From positions 2,539,045-2,603,044 of the forward strand of contig OY762063.1 in the NCBI GenBank assembly GCA_963665075.1: a DNA stretch of 64,000 nt. Direction: 5' to 3'. Shown here piece by piece: positions 44,275 to 54,069 of this stretch. The position numbers and the translations under genes are program-made. Positions within the stretch are counted from its first letter, which is position 1, and every line of letters starts with the position of its first letter. This stretch comes from Dehalococcoidia bacterium (lineage in GTDB: Bacteria; Chloroflexota; Dehalococcoidia; Lucifugimonadales; GCA-2712585). Under the pieces are notes generated by a model. The model was not told where the DNA came from. It made no database searches and was given only the letters and a program-made list of their open reading frames with translations.

Positions 44275-45312
44275 ATGAGAGCAGTCTACATTGAAAGTCA
44301 GGGCGGGCCTGAGGTGTTGCAGTACGGGGAACGCCCCGAACCTTCGCCCAAGGCCGGGGAAGTGAAGGTGCGAGTGCGGGCGGCGGCGCTGAACCGACTG
44401 GACACGTATGTCAGAACCGGTCGGCGGGGGCAGCGTAGGAACTTCCCGCCGGCCCATATTCCGGGAGGCGATTCGGCTGGCGTGGTTGCGGAAGTCGGTT
44501 CCGATTCCTTGTCGCATCTGGTCGGTCGAAGGGTGGTTGTCAACCCACGGATTCCATGCGGGGCGTGCGACTTCTGCATTGGCGGAAGCGACGATCTTTG
44601 TCCCAGATTTCGGTTCCTCGGAAGCAACTGCGGGGGAAGCTACGCGGAGTTCGTATGCGTGCCTGCCAGCAACGTACATACCATAGCGGACGACGTCAGC
44701 TTCGAGACGGCGGCCGCTACGCCGACGGTGTATCTACCCACCTGGAATATACTCATTCGCAAGGCCCAGTTGAAGCCGTGGGAGACGGTTCTGGTTCTCT
44801 CCGCGTCGGCAGGGGTAGGCACTGCCGCCATTCAGGTGGCGAAATCCGTGGTTGGGGCGACTGTCATAACCACCACGAGCAGCGCGGAGAAGGCGGCTAT
44901 GGCTAAGAAAATCGGCGCGGACCACGTGATTGACTACACCAGGGAGAGCATTTCCGAAAGGGTGAAGGAGCTTACGGGAGGGCGCGGCGTGGACGTGGTG
45001 ATGGATCACGTGGGGGCGCAGTTCTTCGACGACGCGTTTAATTCCTTGAAGCGCGGCGGTCGATACGGCAATTGCGGGGTGACTTCCGGCTACGCGGCGA
45101 ATCTCCAATTAGGGAGCTTGTTTACCAGGCAGGTTCAGGTTTTTGGCGTCTTCATGGGTTCCAGGGCGGACATGAGCCAGATTACGCAGATGCTGAATCA
45201 GGGGAGAATCCGGCCTGTCATCCACAGGGTATTTCTGCTGGAAGAGGCTGCCGAGGCGCACAGGGTTATGGAGGAGCGGAGCTTCTTCGGCAAGCTGGTG
45301 TTGAAGGTCTAG
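44275..45312 (+). CDS. Zinc-type alcohol dehydrogenase / NADPH:quinone oxidoreductase family
   Basis: MRAVYIESQGGPEVLQY...AAALNRLD and GVGTAAIQVAK. The listed ORF start at 43837 is an upstream extension overlapping cca. Confidence 0.85.
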   Translation: MRAVYIESQGGPEVLQYGERPEPSPKAGEVKVRVRAAALNRLDTYVRTGRRGQRRNFPPAHIPGGDSAGVVAEVGSDSLSHLVGRRVVVNPRIPCGACDFCIGGSDDLCPRFRFLGSNCGGSYAEFVCVPASNVHTIADDVSFETAAATPTVYLPTWNILIRKAQLKPWETVLVLSASAGVGTAAIQVAKSVVGATVITTTSSAEKAAMAKKIGADHVIDYTRESISERVKELTGGRGVDVVMDHVGAQFFDDAFNSLKRGGRYGNCGVTSGYAANLQLGSLFTRQVQVFGVFMGSRADMSQITQMLNQGRIRPVIHRVFLLEEAAEAHRVMEERSFFGKLVLKV

Positions 45313-45349
45313 CCATTCCTCGTCGGAAGCAGTCGGGATATTCGAATCC

Positions 45350-46330
45350 CTAGGATTGTCGCAGGATACGCTCGACAAGCTGCTGAATGCGGAGAGCGGC
45401 CTCGAAGTTGGGGAGTCCATGGTGTTCGCCGCGAATCATAGCGGCTACGGCGTCCAGTTGAGTCGGGGCGTTGTCCCAGGCACCCAGAGAAACGGGTTCC
45501 CAGCGTTGGCCCTTCTTCGCCTCTAGGGTAGTCCAGTTGAGGATGCGGTAGGTTTGCTTGCTGCCGTGCAGAGTCCAGGTCAGGATGTCGTCTGGGACAT
45601 CTCCCACGCTGCCTTCCAGGGTGACGGGGATGTTTCCGGTGCTCATCTGGGCGAATACGCGGGATTCGGAGAGGGAGGGGTCGTCGGGGTAGGCGACCAT
45701 TGTGTTGTTGACGACGGGTACGCCGAGGAGCTTGCTGGTGAGGAAGGCGAAGTGGGAGAAGACCTCGCGGACGAAGCCGCCTTCCTTGCGGCGGGCGAGC
45801 CAACCGGCGGCGTTTCTCTGCCATCCACGGGGCCATTCGGCGAACCGGAGCTTGACCTCGACCTTCAGGGGATCGCCGATGATTCCGGTGGCGATGGCGT
45901 TTCTGAGGGCGCTGTAAATCGGGCCGGTGGCGTAGCTGAAGTTGACGGCGTTGGGCAGGCCGGAAAGCCTGGCGTCCTCTATCAGGCCGCGGGCTTCCTG
46001 CATATCGACGGCCAGGGGCTTTTCGCAAAGGATGGGCTTTCCCATCTCCAAAGCCAACTCGCAATACTCGACGTGGCTGGACGGCGGGGTGGCGACGTAG
46101 ACCAGATTTATATCGTCGAAGGCAACCAACTCTTCGGCGCTCTGGGCAATCTGGATTTTGGGGTATGAGCTCCAGACGGTGTGGCACTGGAGCACGTTCG
46201 AGTCCCAGGCGTAGCGAACGTCGAATTCCGTGTGGCCGTTCATGGACTCCAGCATTCGCTGGCCCATTGTGCCGAGTCCGATGATTCCCACGTTTAAGGA
46301 CAGATCGTGCTTGAAGACGGTGCGGACCAT
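45350..46330 (-). CDS. Gfo/Idh/MocA family oxidoreductase
   Basis: LNVGIIGLGTMGQRM Rossmann N-terminus and EKPLA motif. ATG 46330 is preferred; the Arg-rich upstream extension is non-coding-like. Confidence 0.8.
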   Translation of the reverse strand: MVRTVFKHDLSLNVGIIGLGTMGQRMLESMNGHTEFDVRYAWDSNVLQCHTVWSSYPKIQIAQSAEELVAFDDINLVYVATPPSSHVEYCELALEMGKPILCEKPLAVDMQEARGLIEDARLSGLPNAVNFSYATGPIYSALRNAIATGIIGDPLKVEVKLRFAEWPRGWQRNAAGWLARRKEGGFVREVFSHFAFLTSKLLGVPVVNNTMVAYPDDPSLSESRVFAQMSTGNIPVTLEGSVGDVPDDILTWTLHGSKQTYRILNWTTLEAKKGQRWEPVSLGAWDNAPTQLDAVAAMIRGEHHGLPNFEAALRIQQLVERILRQS

Positions 46331-46362
46331 CCGCCATCTGCTGGATTGAGGTTGCGTCACGG

Positions 46363-47184
46363 CTAGCGGGACCTCCGCCATTCTTCGTATCTGGCCTGGA
46401 GGTCCGGCGGCAGGTCGCCGTGAACCTGGTTGACGGTGTAGCCATCCTCCAGCAGGGTGCGGGTGAAGGTTTCTTCGACCTCCTGGGCGATGGCGCCTTC
46501 GATGACTTCCTCGGCGATGGCCTGGGGGCAGACGACGACGCCGTCGTCGTCGCCGACGAGGAGGTCGCCGGGGTAGACGGTTACGTTGCCGCAATCAACG
46601 GCAAGCTGGACGTCGGCGGCCCAGTGTTCGGACATGTGGCCGTAGCCGTGGGGGGCGCGGACGAAGACGGGGAAGTCCTGGTCTCTCAGGTAGGGAACGT
46701 CGCGAATTGCGCCGTCGGTGACCAGGCCGGAAGCGCCAAGGTAGTGCATCCGGGCGACTAGTCTATCGCCGAAGATTCCGGCGTGGACGTTGCCGCGGGC
46801 GCTGACGACGAGGACATCCCCGGGGCCTACGGATTCGACGGCGACGTGCTCAGGGTATAGGTGGCGGGCTTCCATCGGGATGGGGAACATGGGGTGGTCT
46901 TCGCGGCGGGGCAGGTAGCGGAGGGTGTAGGCGCGGCCCGCGAATACGGAACCGGCTTTGAGGGGCAGGACGCCGGCCATGTATACGAACCGGAAGCCGC
47001 GCTTGTTGAGTTCCCAGGAGATGGTTGCGGAGCTTGCCTGCTTCGCCTTCTCCAGAAATTCGACGGAGAGGAATTTGGTGGGCGGTCTCAGGAGAGAGGA
47101 GTCCGTGTTTTGGGCGCTATCGTGGGTTTCCAAGGCGATGTTTACCTTTCTAATCTTGGCTGTCGTTGTGCTGTCCCCAGGCAT
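46363..47184 (-). CDS. RraA-family protein (HMG/CHA aldolase / oxaloacetate decarboxylase-like)
   Basis: GDVLVV...GIFGDRLVARMHYLGASGLVTDGAIRD...PVF...GDLLVGDDDGVVV. The start is uncertain (TTG 47133 is possible). Confidence 0.72.
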   Translation of the reverse strand: MPGDSTTTAKIRKVNIALETHDSAQNTDSSLLRPPTKFLSVEFLEKAKQASSATISWELNKRGFRFVYMAGVLPLKAGSVFAGRAYTLRYLPRREDHPMFPIPMEARHLYPEHVAVESVGPGDVLVVSARGNVHAGIFGDRLVARMHYLGASGLVTDGAIRDVPYLRDQDFPVFVRAPHGYGHMSEHWAADVQLAVDCGNVTVYPGDLLVGDDDGVVVCPQAIAEEVIEGAIAQEVEETFTRTLLEDGYTVNQVHGDLPPDLQARYEEWRRSR

Positions 47185-47779
47185 CCCAGAAGGTTATTTC
47201 CGCGACGGGGCGGCGTTTGGTGGGGCCGTATCCGTCCCCCTCGGCGATGTATCCGATGGGCAGGAGGGCGGCGGTTTCCACGTTGTCGGGGATGCCCAGC
47301 AGGGTCTTTATTTCATCTTCGAATCCCTTGTGCAGGGTGGTGAGGGCGCTGCCAAGGCCCAGCCCGCGGGCGGCGAGGAGGATGTTCTGGACGGCGGGGT
47401 ATATGGAAGCGCCGCGGCCCATTGAGGTGGGGCCGCCGTTGTGCTCGATGCAGGCGAGGATGAGGGCGGGAGCGCGGTGCATATTCTCCGCGAGATGAGT
47501 GGCGGACCTTCGCACCCTGGCGGCCAGAGGCGGCGGGGAGGATGATTTGGCGCCGTAGACCCGTTCCCAGGATTCGCGGTAGCAGCTGCCGATTCGCTTC
47601 TTCAATTCTTCGTCGCGGATGATGAGAAACTTCCAGGGCTGGCTGTTGCCGCCGCTGGGAGCCTTGACGGCGGCCTCTATTAGACGAAGGAGAGTTGCCT
47701 CGGGCACCGGGTCAGGCTTCAGATAGCGGACGGCCCGCTGGCTGTAGATGGCTTCGAATAGGCCGATGTCTTTGCTCAT
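47150..47779 (-). CDS. Nitroreductase family protein
   Basis: IYSQRAVRYLKPDPV...AVKAPSGGNSQPWKFLII. Confidence 0.85.
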   Translation of the reverse strand: MSKDIGLFEAIYSQRAVRYLKPDPVPEATLLRLIEAAVKAPSGGNSQPWKFLIIRDEELKKRIGSCYRESWERVYGAKSSSPPPLAARVRRSATHLAENMHRAPALILACIEHNGGPTSMGRGASIYPAVQNILLAARGLGLGSALTTLHKGFEDEIKTLLGIPDNVETAALLPIGYIAEGDGYGPTKRRPVAEITFWDAWGQHNDSQD

Positions 47780-47834
47780 ATCCTCACTTGGTTGCGATGT
47801 TTGTCGCGGCTGGCGTTCAGGTTCTTGTTTTCTC

Positions 47835-48677
47835 TCACGCCTCGGACGGAGGGAGGCCGAGGCCGTAATCGTTGGTGGCGTCGAGGGTACTCATAGTTTC
47901 GTGAACGAGGCGGCTCGTGTCAACGATAAATTGTCGATGTTCCAGGGCGTCTATCATTCCGTGCTTGGTCATAACGGCTACTGCGTAGGGCTTGCGGGGA
48001 AGATAGACGATGCCCGCGTCGCATTGAACGTTGTCCATGCCGCCGGGCTTGTTGGCTACGGGCACGCCTAGGGGAACGGCTTTGTTCAGGGGAGCGTCCT
48101 TGGGCTTCTTCAGGATTTCCAGGGTTTCCCTCGCCACGTAGGACGAGGGGCGGCCCTGTTGAAGGGCCATGAGCATGGCGACGCATTCGTCGGGGGTGGA
48201 TACGTTCTCGCGGCTTTGGGCGATGGCGTCGGGGTCCTGCATCTTGCGTCGAAGGGTGGTTGCGGCGAGGCCGAGGTCGCGGATGAGATTGTTGGTTTCC
48301 TCCATGCCCGCTAAGTCGATGCACAAGTTAGTGGCGGTGTTGTCGGATAGGGCAATCATGAGCACGGCAAGGTTGTACATGGTGAGTTCAACGTGGCCCT
48401 GTAAGTGGCTGAGGATGCCGCTGCCTGGGACGCGCATTTCATCCGTAACTACTACCAGTCGGCGCATATCCAGTTCGCCCCGCTCCGCCTTGGCAAAGAG
48501 TTGGGCGAGGACGTGAATCTTGATGGTGGAGGCGGTGGGAAAAGGCTCGCTGCCGTTGATGGATATGCGGTTGGGGCCGCCAATTTCCTGGACGCAGGCG
48601 CCCGCGACGCCGGGGAAACTTTCGACCGCGTCATGAAGCTCGGATTCCAACTTTTGCCACATCAGTTGTTGGGACAT
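47835..48677 (-). CDS. Class A beta-lactamase-like serine hydrolase (no signal peptide seen)
   Basis: STIK (SxxK), SDN, and a KPG element in place of KTG. Confidence 0.72.
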   Translation of the reverse strand: MSQQLMWQKLESELHDAVESFPGVAGACVQEIGGPNRISINGSEPFPTASTIKIHVLAQLFAKAERGELDMRRLVVVTDEMRVPGSGILSHLQGHVELTMYNLAVLMIALSDNTATNLCIDLAGMEETNNLIRDLGLAATTLRRKMQDPDAIAQSRENVSTPDECVAMLMALQQGRPSSYVARETLEILKKPKDAPLNKAVPLGVPVANKPGGMDNVQCDAGIVYLPRKPYAVAVMTKHGMIDALEHRQFIVDTSRLVHETMSTLDATNDYGLGLPPSEA

Positions 48678-48774
48678 GTTTGCAACCTTTCACAGGAGGA
48701 GCGTCAAGCGCGCCATCTATAGGAAAGATATTAGCACAAATAGATAGTCGAGGGACATACAAATAGGCGGATGT

Positions 48775-48783
48775 TGATATAAT
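48775..48783 (+). promoter_or_regulatory. Extended -10 promoter element (TGaTATAAT)
   Basis: tgatataat lies 34 nt upstream of ATG 48817, with GGAGGA as RBS. Confidence 0.45.
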
Positions 48784-48816
48784 GCTTGTAGTCCAATCTG
48801 TTTTGGAGGATGCGTA

Positions 48817-49794
48817 ATGGCGACGGCAGTTAGCGGCGGCACAGGATTCGTGGGGTCGAACATCGTGAGGATGCTTGCGGAAAGGGGGCATCGCGTGGTC
48901 TCTCTTGACATCGCGCCTCCCAACGAGATGGTGCGGAAGTATCTGAGGCCGTGGGAGAGCCGGATTGACTTCGTGGAGGTGGACATACTGGACACGGAGG
49001 CTTTGGACTCGGTGGCGGACAGCAGCGTGATGGCTGGAGTGGACAGGATTATTCACGCCGCGGTGTATACGTCTACGTTGCCGGAGACGGAGCGGGACGA
49101 CGCCAAGCGAATCATCGACGTCAACGTGGGCTGCACGATCAACCTGCTGGAGATGGCGCGGGGGATTTCGGCCAAGCGGTTTCTGTACGTGAGTTCAGGA
49201 GGCGTGTATCGAGGACAGGGCGGGCCTGGAAAGGCTTTGACGGAGGATCTGCCGCTTCTGCCGAGTTCCTTCTATGGGGTGACGAAGTTTGCGTCGGAGG
49301 GCATAACGAAGCGGTACGGGGAGTTGCACGACCTGGAGACGGTTTCGGTGCGGCTTTCTTCTCCCTACGGGCCGATGGAGCGAGCAACGGACTATCGGCT
49401 CAAGATGGGGATGCTGTATGACTGGACGAGGAGCGTTGTGCGGGGCGAGCCGATACACGTGCCCGCGGAGGTCGGCGGGGGCGACTGGATGTTTGTCACG
49501 GACAAGGCGGAGGCGATAGCGACGGTTTCGGACGCGCCGACGTTGGAGCACGACATGTACAACATCACCCAGGGGGATCCGACGCCGCTTGAGGGTCTGA
49601 TGGCCGCGTTCCGTCAGGCGGCGTCTTCGGTGGAGTTTGTCGGGCCGGGCGCGGAAGGCGGGAGCGTTCCGTGGGACCAAGGGCACATGGACGTGAGCCG
49701 GTTGTGGGGGTTGGGGTTCCGGCCCAGGTACGACATCGTCAGTGGGGTTGCGGAGTACATCAGGTGGAGGCGGGAGTTTCCGTTTTTGGATTGA
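48817..49794 (+). CDS. NAD-dependent epimerase/dehydratase (extended SDR)
   Basis: VSGGTGFVGSNIVRML and the YGVTK catalytic motif. Confidence 0.85.
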   Translation: MATAVSGGTGFVGSNIVRMLAERGHRVVSLDIAPPNEMVRKYLRPWESRIDFVEVDILDTEALDSVADSSVMAGVDRIIHAAVYTSTLPETERDDAKRIIDVNVGCTINLLEMARGISAKRFLYVSSGGVYRGQGGPGKALTEDLPLLPSSFYGVTKFASEGITKRYGELHDLETVSVRLSSPYGPMERATDYRLKMGMLYDWTRSVVRGEPIHVPAEVGGGDWMFVTDKAEAIATVSDAPTLEHDMYNITQGDPTPLEGLMAAFRQAASSVEFVGPGAEGGSVPWDQGHMDVSRLWGLGFRPRYDIVSGVAEYIRWRREFPFLD

Positions 49795-49859
49795 GGGATG
49801 ATTAAGAGTGAGTGACATGATTCCCAGAGCAAGCAACAACGTAGCAGGGGTGATAAGAC

Positions 49860-50771
49860 ATGGCTAGGGCAGACTTGGCTCATCCGAAAAATGCTGCCGG
49901 GCCTTGGTTCGTGGACACACGGTGTATTCGGTGCGACGCTGCACGGAACTGGGCCCCAGGATTGATTGACATGGATGCTGACGGGAGGTCGTTTGTGGCC
50001 TATCAGCCCGTTGGGGAAGAGCAAGAAGCTTTACTGTGGCGCGCAGCTGCGGGCTGTCCGACCAGGTCCATAGGGAATCACCAACAGACCAGGGAGCCTA
50101 CAGGCGTGTTTCCGTATCAGATGACGCAGGGTGTGTTCGCGCTGGGAAACAATGCCCTTTCTTCCTTCGGCGCTCACTCGTATCTGGTGGCGAGGCCTGA
50201 CGGCAACATGATGATAGACTCGCCACGGTTCAGTCGTCCACTGGCAGCGCGCGTTGACAAGTTAGGGGGCGTCGCTCACGTGCTTTTGACACACCGGGAT
50301 GATGTAGCCGACGCCGCCCGTTGGGCGGAGCGGTATGGGGCCAGAGTCTGGATTGGCGATGCGGACTCGGACGCCGCGCCCTATGCAACGGACGTGACGG
50401 TAGGCTTAGATCCTACGGTAATTTCCCCGGGCGCGTTGTCAGTGCCCGCGCCGGGGCATACGGAGGGTCACGTGCTGTATCACATAGGCGACCGGTTGCT
50501 CTTTACGGGAGACACGCTCCACTGGAACCATCGCAGAGGGGAGTTTGATGTATTTCCTGAGCAGACCTTTTATTCGTGGACGGCGTTGTCGACTACGATG
50601 GACCGAATTGCGTCGTTGTCGGTAGAGTGGGTGTTTCCGGGACATGGGATGTGGCGCAGGGTGGAAATGGAAGAGTGGCGGCAACGGATGTCGGCCTTAG
50701 GCCCGGCCATGCGTCGAGTAGGACAGGCGGGATGGGCCGCGCTGCCGAACGCCGCCTATGGCTGGTATTGA
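49860..50771 (+). CDS. Ferredoxin-like domain fused to an MBL-fold hydrolase
   Basis: N-terminus WFVDTRCIRCDAA...GCPTRSIG, then LLTHRDDVADA, APGHTEGHV and FPGHG. Confidence 0.65.
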   Translation: MARADLAHPKNAAGPWFVDTRCIRCDAARNWAPGLIDMDADGRSFVAYQPVGEEQEALLWRAAAGCPTRSIGNHQQTREPTGVFPYQMTQGVFALGNNALSSFGAHSYLVARPDGNMMIDSPRFSRPLAARVDKLGGVAHVLLTHRDDVADAARWAERYGARVWIGDADSDAAPYATDVTVGLDPTVISPGALSVPAPGHTEGHVLYHIGDRLLFTGDTLHWNHRRGEFDVFPEQTFYSWTALSTTMDRIASLSVEWVFPGHGMWRRVEMEEWRQRMSALGPAMRRVGQAGWAALPNAAYGWY

Positions 50772-50787
50772 CGGGGTGGCAGGATAA

Positions 50788-50808
50788 GGACGGGTTCCAA
50801 ACCCGTCC
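50788..50808. terminator. Hairpin between convergent genes
   Basis: ggacgggtt-cca-aacccgtcc, a 9-bp stem. Confidence 0.5.
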
Positions 50809-50816
50809 CCCTCCAC

Positions 50817-51893
50817 CTAGCCCTCCAGGTTGTACATTTCGAGGGCGTTGTCGCGCAGGATGGCCTTCTTGTCGGCCTCGGAGAGGTCGGTGCGTTCCCA
50901 GATGCTGTAGAGGCTTTCGGGGTATTCGTGGTCCCAGTGGGGCCAGTCGGAGGCGTAGAAGAGGCGGTTGCTGCCCATGAGCCGTATGACGTCGGGGATG
51001 AGCTTTTCGCTGGGTTCGGCGTGGATGAAGACGTTGCCGCTTTTGATGTACTCGCTGGGTTCCTTCTTGCAGTTGGGGGTCTCGAACCAGCCGCGCTTCT
51101 CCCACTCTTCGTCCATGCGGTCGAGCATTCCGGGCACCCAGCTGCAACCGCCTTCCAGGTAGCCTACCTTGAGGTTGGGGAACTTTTCGAAGACGCCTTC
51201 GTAGGTCATGTGCATCATCTGAATCATGTTGGAGACGGGGAATCCGATGGTGTGGCTCTGGATGAATTTGGTGTAGTTATTGTATTCGGAGGTGGCGTGA
51301 CCGCCGTGGACGGCTATGGTCGTGCCAAGGCGTTCGGCTTCGGCGTATAGGGCGTCGAAGCGTCGGTCGCCCAGAAGTCCGGCGCCGGTGGCTCCGACAA
51401 AGACGCCGTTGTAGCCCAAGTCCTCCACGCAGCGGCGCATCTCCTTGACGGACTCCTGGATGTCCTTGAGGGGAATCATGGCGACGGACTTGAAGCGGGG
51501 GCTGAACTTGAGCCACTCTTGGTGGACGTAGTCGTTGTAGCCCTTGCCGAGGGCGATCTGGTAGTCGGGGTCGCGGATGCCGGAGTAGCCGAGGAGGACG
51601 GTGGGGAAGAGGAAGACGGTCTCCATGCCGCCGGCGTCGGCGTTGTCGAGCCAATCCTGGGGAGTGGGGAAATCAGGGCCGCCGTGAGTGCCCAGTCTGC
51701 CGCCTAGGGTGGAGTCCATGTATGACTTGGTGGCGATGACGCTGGCGCTGGTGCCGACGATGCCGTCCTTGTTGGGGATGTAGCAGTGGATCTGCTTCAT
51801 CTCTCCGTAGGGGCCTTCGATGTATTCGCGAAGGCGGTGTTCGGGTTCGAGGATGTGTCCGTCGCCGTCGACGACGCCAAAGGGCGTTTTCAT
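50817..51893 (-). CDS. Amidohydrolase-2 (ACMSD-like) family protein
   Basis: VVDGDGHILEP at the N-terminus and ASDWPHWDHEY near the C-terminus. Confidence 0.8.
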   Translation of the reverse strand: MKTPFGVVDGDGHILEPEHRLREYIEGPYGEMKQIHCYIPNKDGIVGTSASVIATKSYMDSTLGGRLGTHGGPDFPTPQDWLDNADAGGMETVFLFPTVLLGYSGIRDPDYQIALGKGYNDYVHQEWLKFSPRFKSVAMIPLKDIQESVKEMRRCVEDLGYNGVFVGATGAGLLGDRRFDALYAEAERLGTTIAVHGGHATSEYNNYTKFIQSHTIGFPVSNMIQMMHMTYEGVFEKFPNLKVGYLEGGCSWVPGMLDRMDEEWEKRGWFETPNCKKEPSEYIKSGNVFIHAEPSEKLIPDVIRLMGSNRLFYASDWPHWDHEYPESLYSIWERTDLSEADKKAILRDNALEMYNLEG

Positions 51894-51959
51894 GGCTAAC
51901 CTCCCTGTGTTGGGGCTATTTTGCGTGGGTATTCTACTATTTTAGCTGCCCAAAATGTG

Positions 51960-51990
51960 GAAGGAGGCCACCTCCAGGGCGGCCTCCTTC
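51960..51990 (-). terminator. Rho-independent terminator of the upstream substrate-binding-protein gene
   Basis: 10-bp arms gaaggaggcc / ggcctccttc. On the minus strand the hairpin is followed by cacATTTTggg. Confidence 0.6.
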
Positions 51991-52009
51991 AGACTCAGGT
52001 TGAGAGTGT

Positions 52010-53869
52010 CTAGTTGTACACGGGCACGGCGAACTCCAGGTGGCGAACCGGGCCGAAGTTGCCCATGTTGGCTTCGTATTCAGCGACCACTTCGGGGTCC
52101 ATTGCCGCTTCCGGCAGTATCCAGAACATGGGGACGGTGCCGTAGTTTTCGTACATTCTCTGGCCGTAGATGAGTTCCAACGCGTCCAGCCTGTCGGCGT
52201 CTACGGTCTGCTCGTACTCCTTGTAGTGTTCAAGGAGGAACGGGTCCTGCCAGATGGGAACGCCGGAGAACAGGCCGTTGCTCCAGGTGCCGGAGATGTA
52301 GCCAGGGCCGACGCCGAAGCGGTATCCGACGAGGGTGCGGCCGTACTGGTAGGTCTGGGTATTGCTGATGACGAGGCCGTAGTCCAGGGTGGTGAAGTTG
52401 GTCTTTACCCCGATGGCGTTCCAGTAGGGCAGGGTTGCTTCCGTGATGTCCGGGGCCTCCGGGAAGCCCGACATATTGGGCGCAACTACGACGTCGATTG
52501 TAAGGCCGTCGGGATAGCCCGCCTCTGCGAGGAGCGCCTTCGCGCGTTCCGGGTCGTAGGGGTAGGGAGTCCATGCGGGATCGTAGGCGCGGCGGGTGGG
52601 CATCATGCCGTGAACGGCCTGGAGGAAGGCGCGGTCTCCGAGGAAGACTTCCCGTATCTCTTCCCGGTCGATGGCGATGTTCAGGGCTTCTCGCACCTTG
52701 ACGTTATTGAGCGGGTCTTCCGGGTCGTAATTGTCCCCATAACTCGACCCTTGGAACTCGATGGGTTCGGGGAAGAAGAGGGGGAATACGAAGAAGAAGG
52801 ACATGCCCGGGAGGGTGCTGCGGACGCGCTTGAAGCCCGCGGCGGTGGCTCCCTGCATGAGCAGGGCGGGGATACTGGCTATGTGAGTCTCGCGGGCAAT
52901 GAGCTTGGCTTGCCGGACGGCCGGTTCGGGAGTGTACTGGAATTCAACCTCGGCGAACTCGGGTATCTTCCACCAGTGGTCGTCGTCGGGGTCTTTGAAT
53001 CGCTCGACTACGAGCCCCACGCCCACGCCGAATTCGGCGTAGGTGAAGGGGCCTGTGCCGATGGGATTGTCGGCGTAGCCATCCTCGCCTGCCGTGTCCC
53101 AATGGTCGGCGCTGAGAATGGGGAAGACGGACGCTTCGGCCACGTCCTGAATCAGGAAGGGAGTGGGCACCTGGAGATTAAAGACCACCTGGTAGGGGTC
53201 TGAAATGTCGATGTTAGTGGAATCGCCCACCCAGTTGACCCACGTCCTGCGTCGGTAGCTTAGGCTGGATTCCAGGGTTGTAACGTCGAAGGAGCGGCGT
53301 ATGTCTTTAGAGGTGAACTCCGTGCCGTCGTGGAACATTACGCCTTCGCGAAGGTCGAAGGTCCACGTCTTGCCGTCGGGAGACATGGACCAGCCGGTGG
53401 CAAGCATGGGTTCATAGGCTTCGGTGTAGCGGTCCATCCATAGAAGCTGGTCGTAGATGGTGCGGAGAACGCCTGTGGAGCTGCCGCTGTTCTGGGTGTG
53501 GTACATGGTTGTTTGAGAACCCGGGGGCGAGATGGCGACCATGATCCTGGAGGCAACAGGCACCTTTGGAGCCATTGTGGCTGCGGGAGTTGGGGTAGGA
53601 ACCGCCGTCGGTGCGGGGGTGGGAGGAGGAGTTGGCCTGGCAGTGGCCGTAGGCTGCGGTGCTGCAGTGGGAGCGGGCGTGGCAGGCGCAGCAGTTGGGG
53701 CCGGAGTCGGAGCCGGAGGTGCAGCAGTTGGAGCCGGTGTGGGGGCAGGTGTAGCTTCAGGTTCGTCGTCGGCGCAGCCAAAGATCAGCAGGGCCAGCGC
53801 CAAGAGGGCTGCAACGGCTGCCAGCGTTGTGAGCTTGAAACCGATTACGTTTTGCAACATGGTATTCAC
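52010..53869 (-). CDS. ABC transporter substrate-binding lipoprotein, family 5 (peptide/opine/nickel type) with a PT-rich tether
   Basis: Signal peptide and lipobox LLIFGC, followed by a Pro/Thr/Ala linker of about 75 aa and an SBP_bac_5-like body. Confidence 0.85.
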   Translation of the reverse strand: MNTMLQNVIGFKLTTLAAVAALLALALLIFGCADDEPEATPAPTPAPTAAPPAPTPAPTAAPATPAPTAAPQPTATARPTPPPTPAPTAVPTPTPAATMAPKVPVASRIMVAISPPGSQTTMYHTQNSGSSTGVLRTIYDQLLWMDRYTEAYEPMLATGWSMSPDGKTWTFDLREGVMFHDGTEFTSKDIRRSFDVTTLESSLSYRRRTWVNWVGDSTNIDISDPYQVVFNLQVPTPFLIQDVAEASVFPILSADHWDTAGEDGYADNPIGTGPFTYAEFGVGVGLVVERFKDPDDDHWWKIPEFAEVEFQYTPEPAVRQAKLIARETHIASIPALLMQGATAAGFKRVRSTLPGMSFFFVFPLFFPEPIEFQGSSYGDNYDPEDPLNNVKVREALNIAIDREEIREVFLGDRAFLQAVHGMMPTRRAYDPAWTPYPYDPERAKALLAEAGYPDGLTIDVVVAPNMSGFPEAPDITEATLPYWNAIGVKTNFTTLDYGLVISNTQTYQYGRTLVGYRFGVGPGYISGTWSNGLFSGVPIWQDPFLLEHYKEYEQTVDADRLDALELIYGQRMYENYGTVPMFWILPEAAMDPEVVAEYEANMGNFGPVRHLEFAVPVYN

Positions 53870-54013
53870 CTTAGATATAGCTGTTTCGTAGAGGATTCCG
53901 TAAGTGGCAATAATTACTTAATGCCGAATCTAGGGCGATACTATATTAACGGAATTTAGTAGTCAAGTTGGGGAAAGTGGCCGCGATGGATTAAGCAATG
54001 GGAGTAAAGAGAA

Positions 54014-54042
54014 GGGGGCCGACCCGTTCTGGGTCGGCCCCC
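54014..54042 (-). terminator. Rho-independent terminator
   Basis: 12-bp arms gggggccgaccc / gggtcggccccc with loop gttct, and T-rich flanks on both strands. Confidence 0.7.
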
Positions 54043-54069
54043 TTTTGGCGTTCTTGGAGAACGTGGGGG

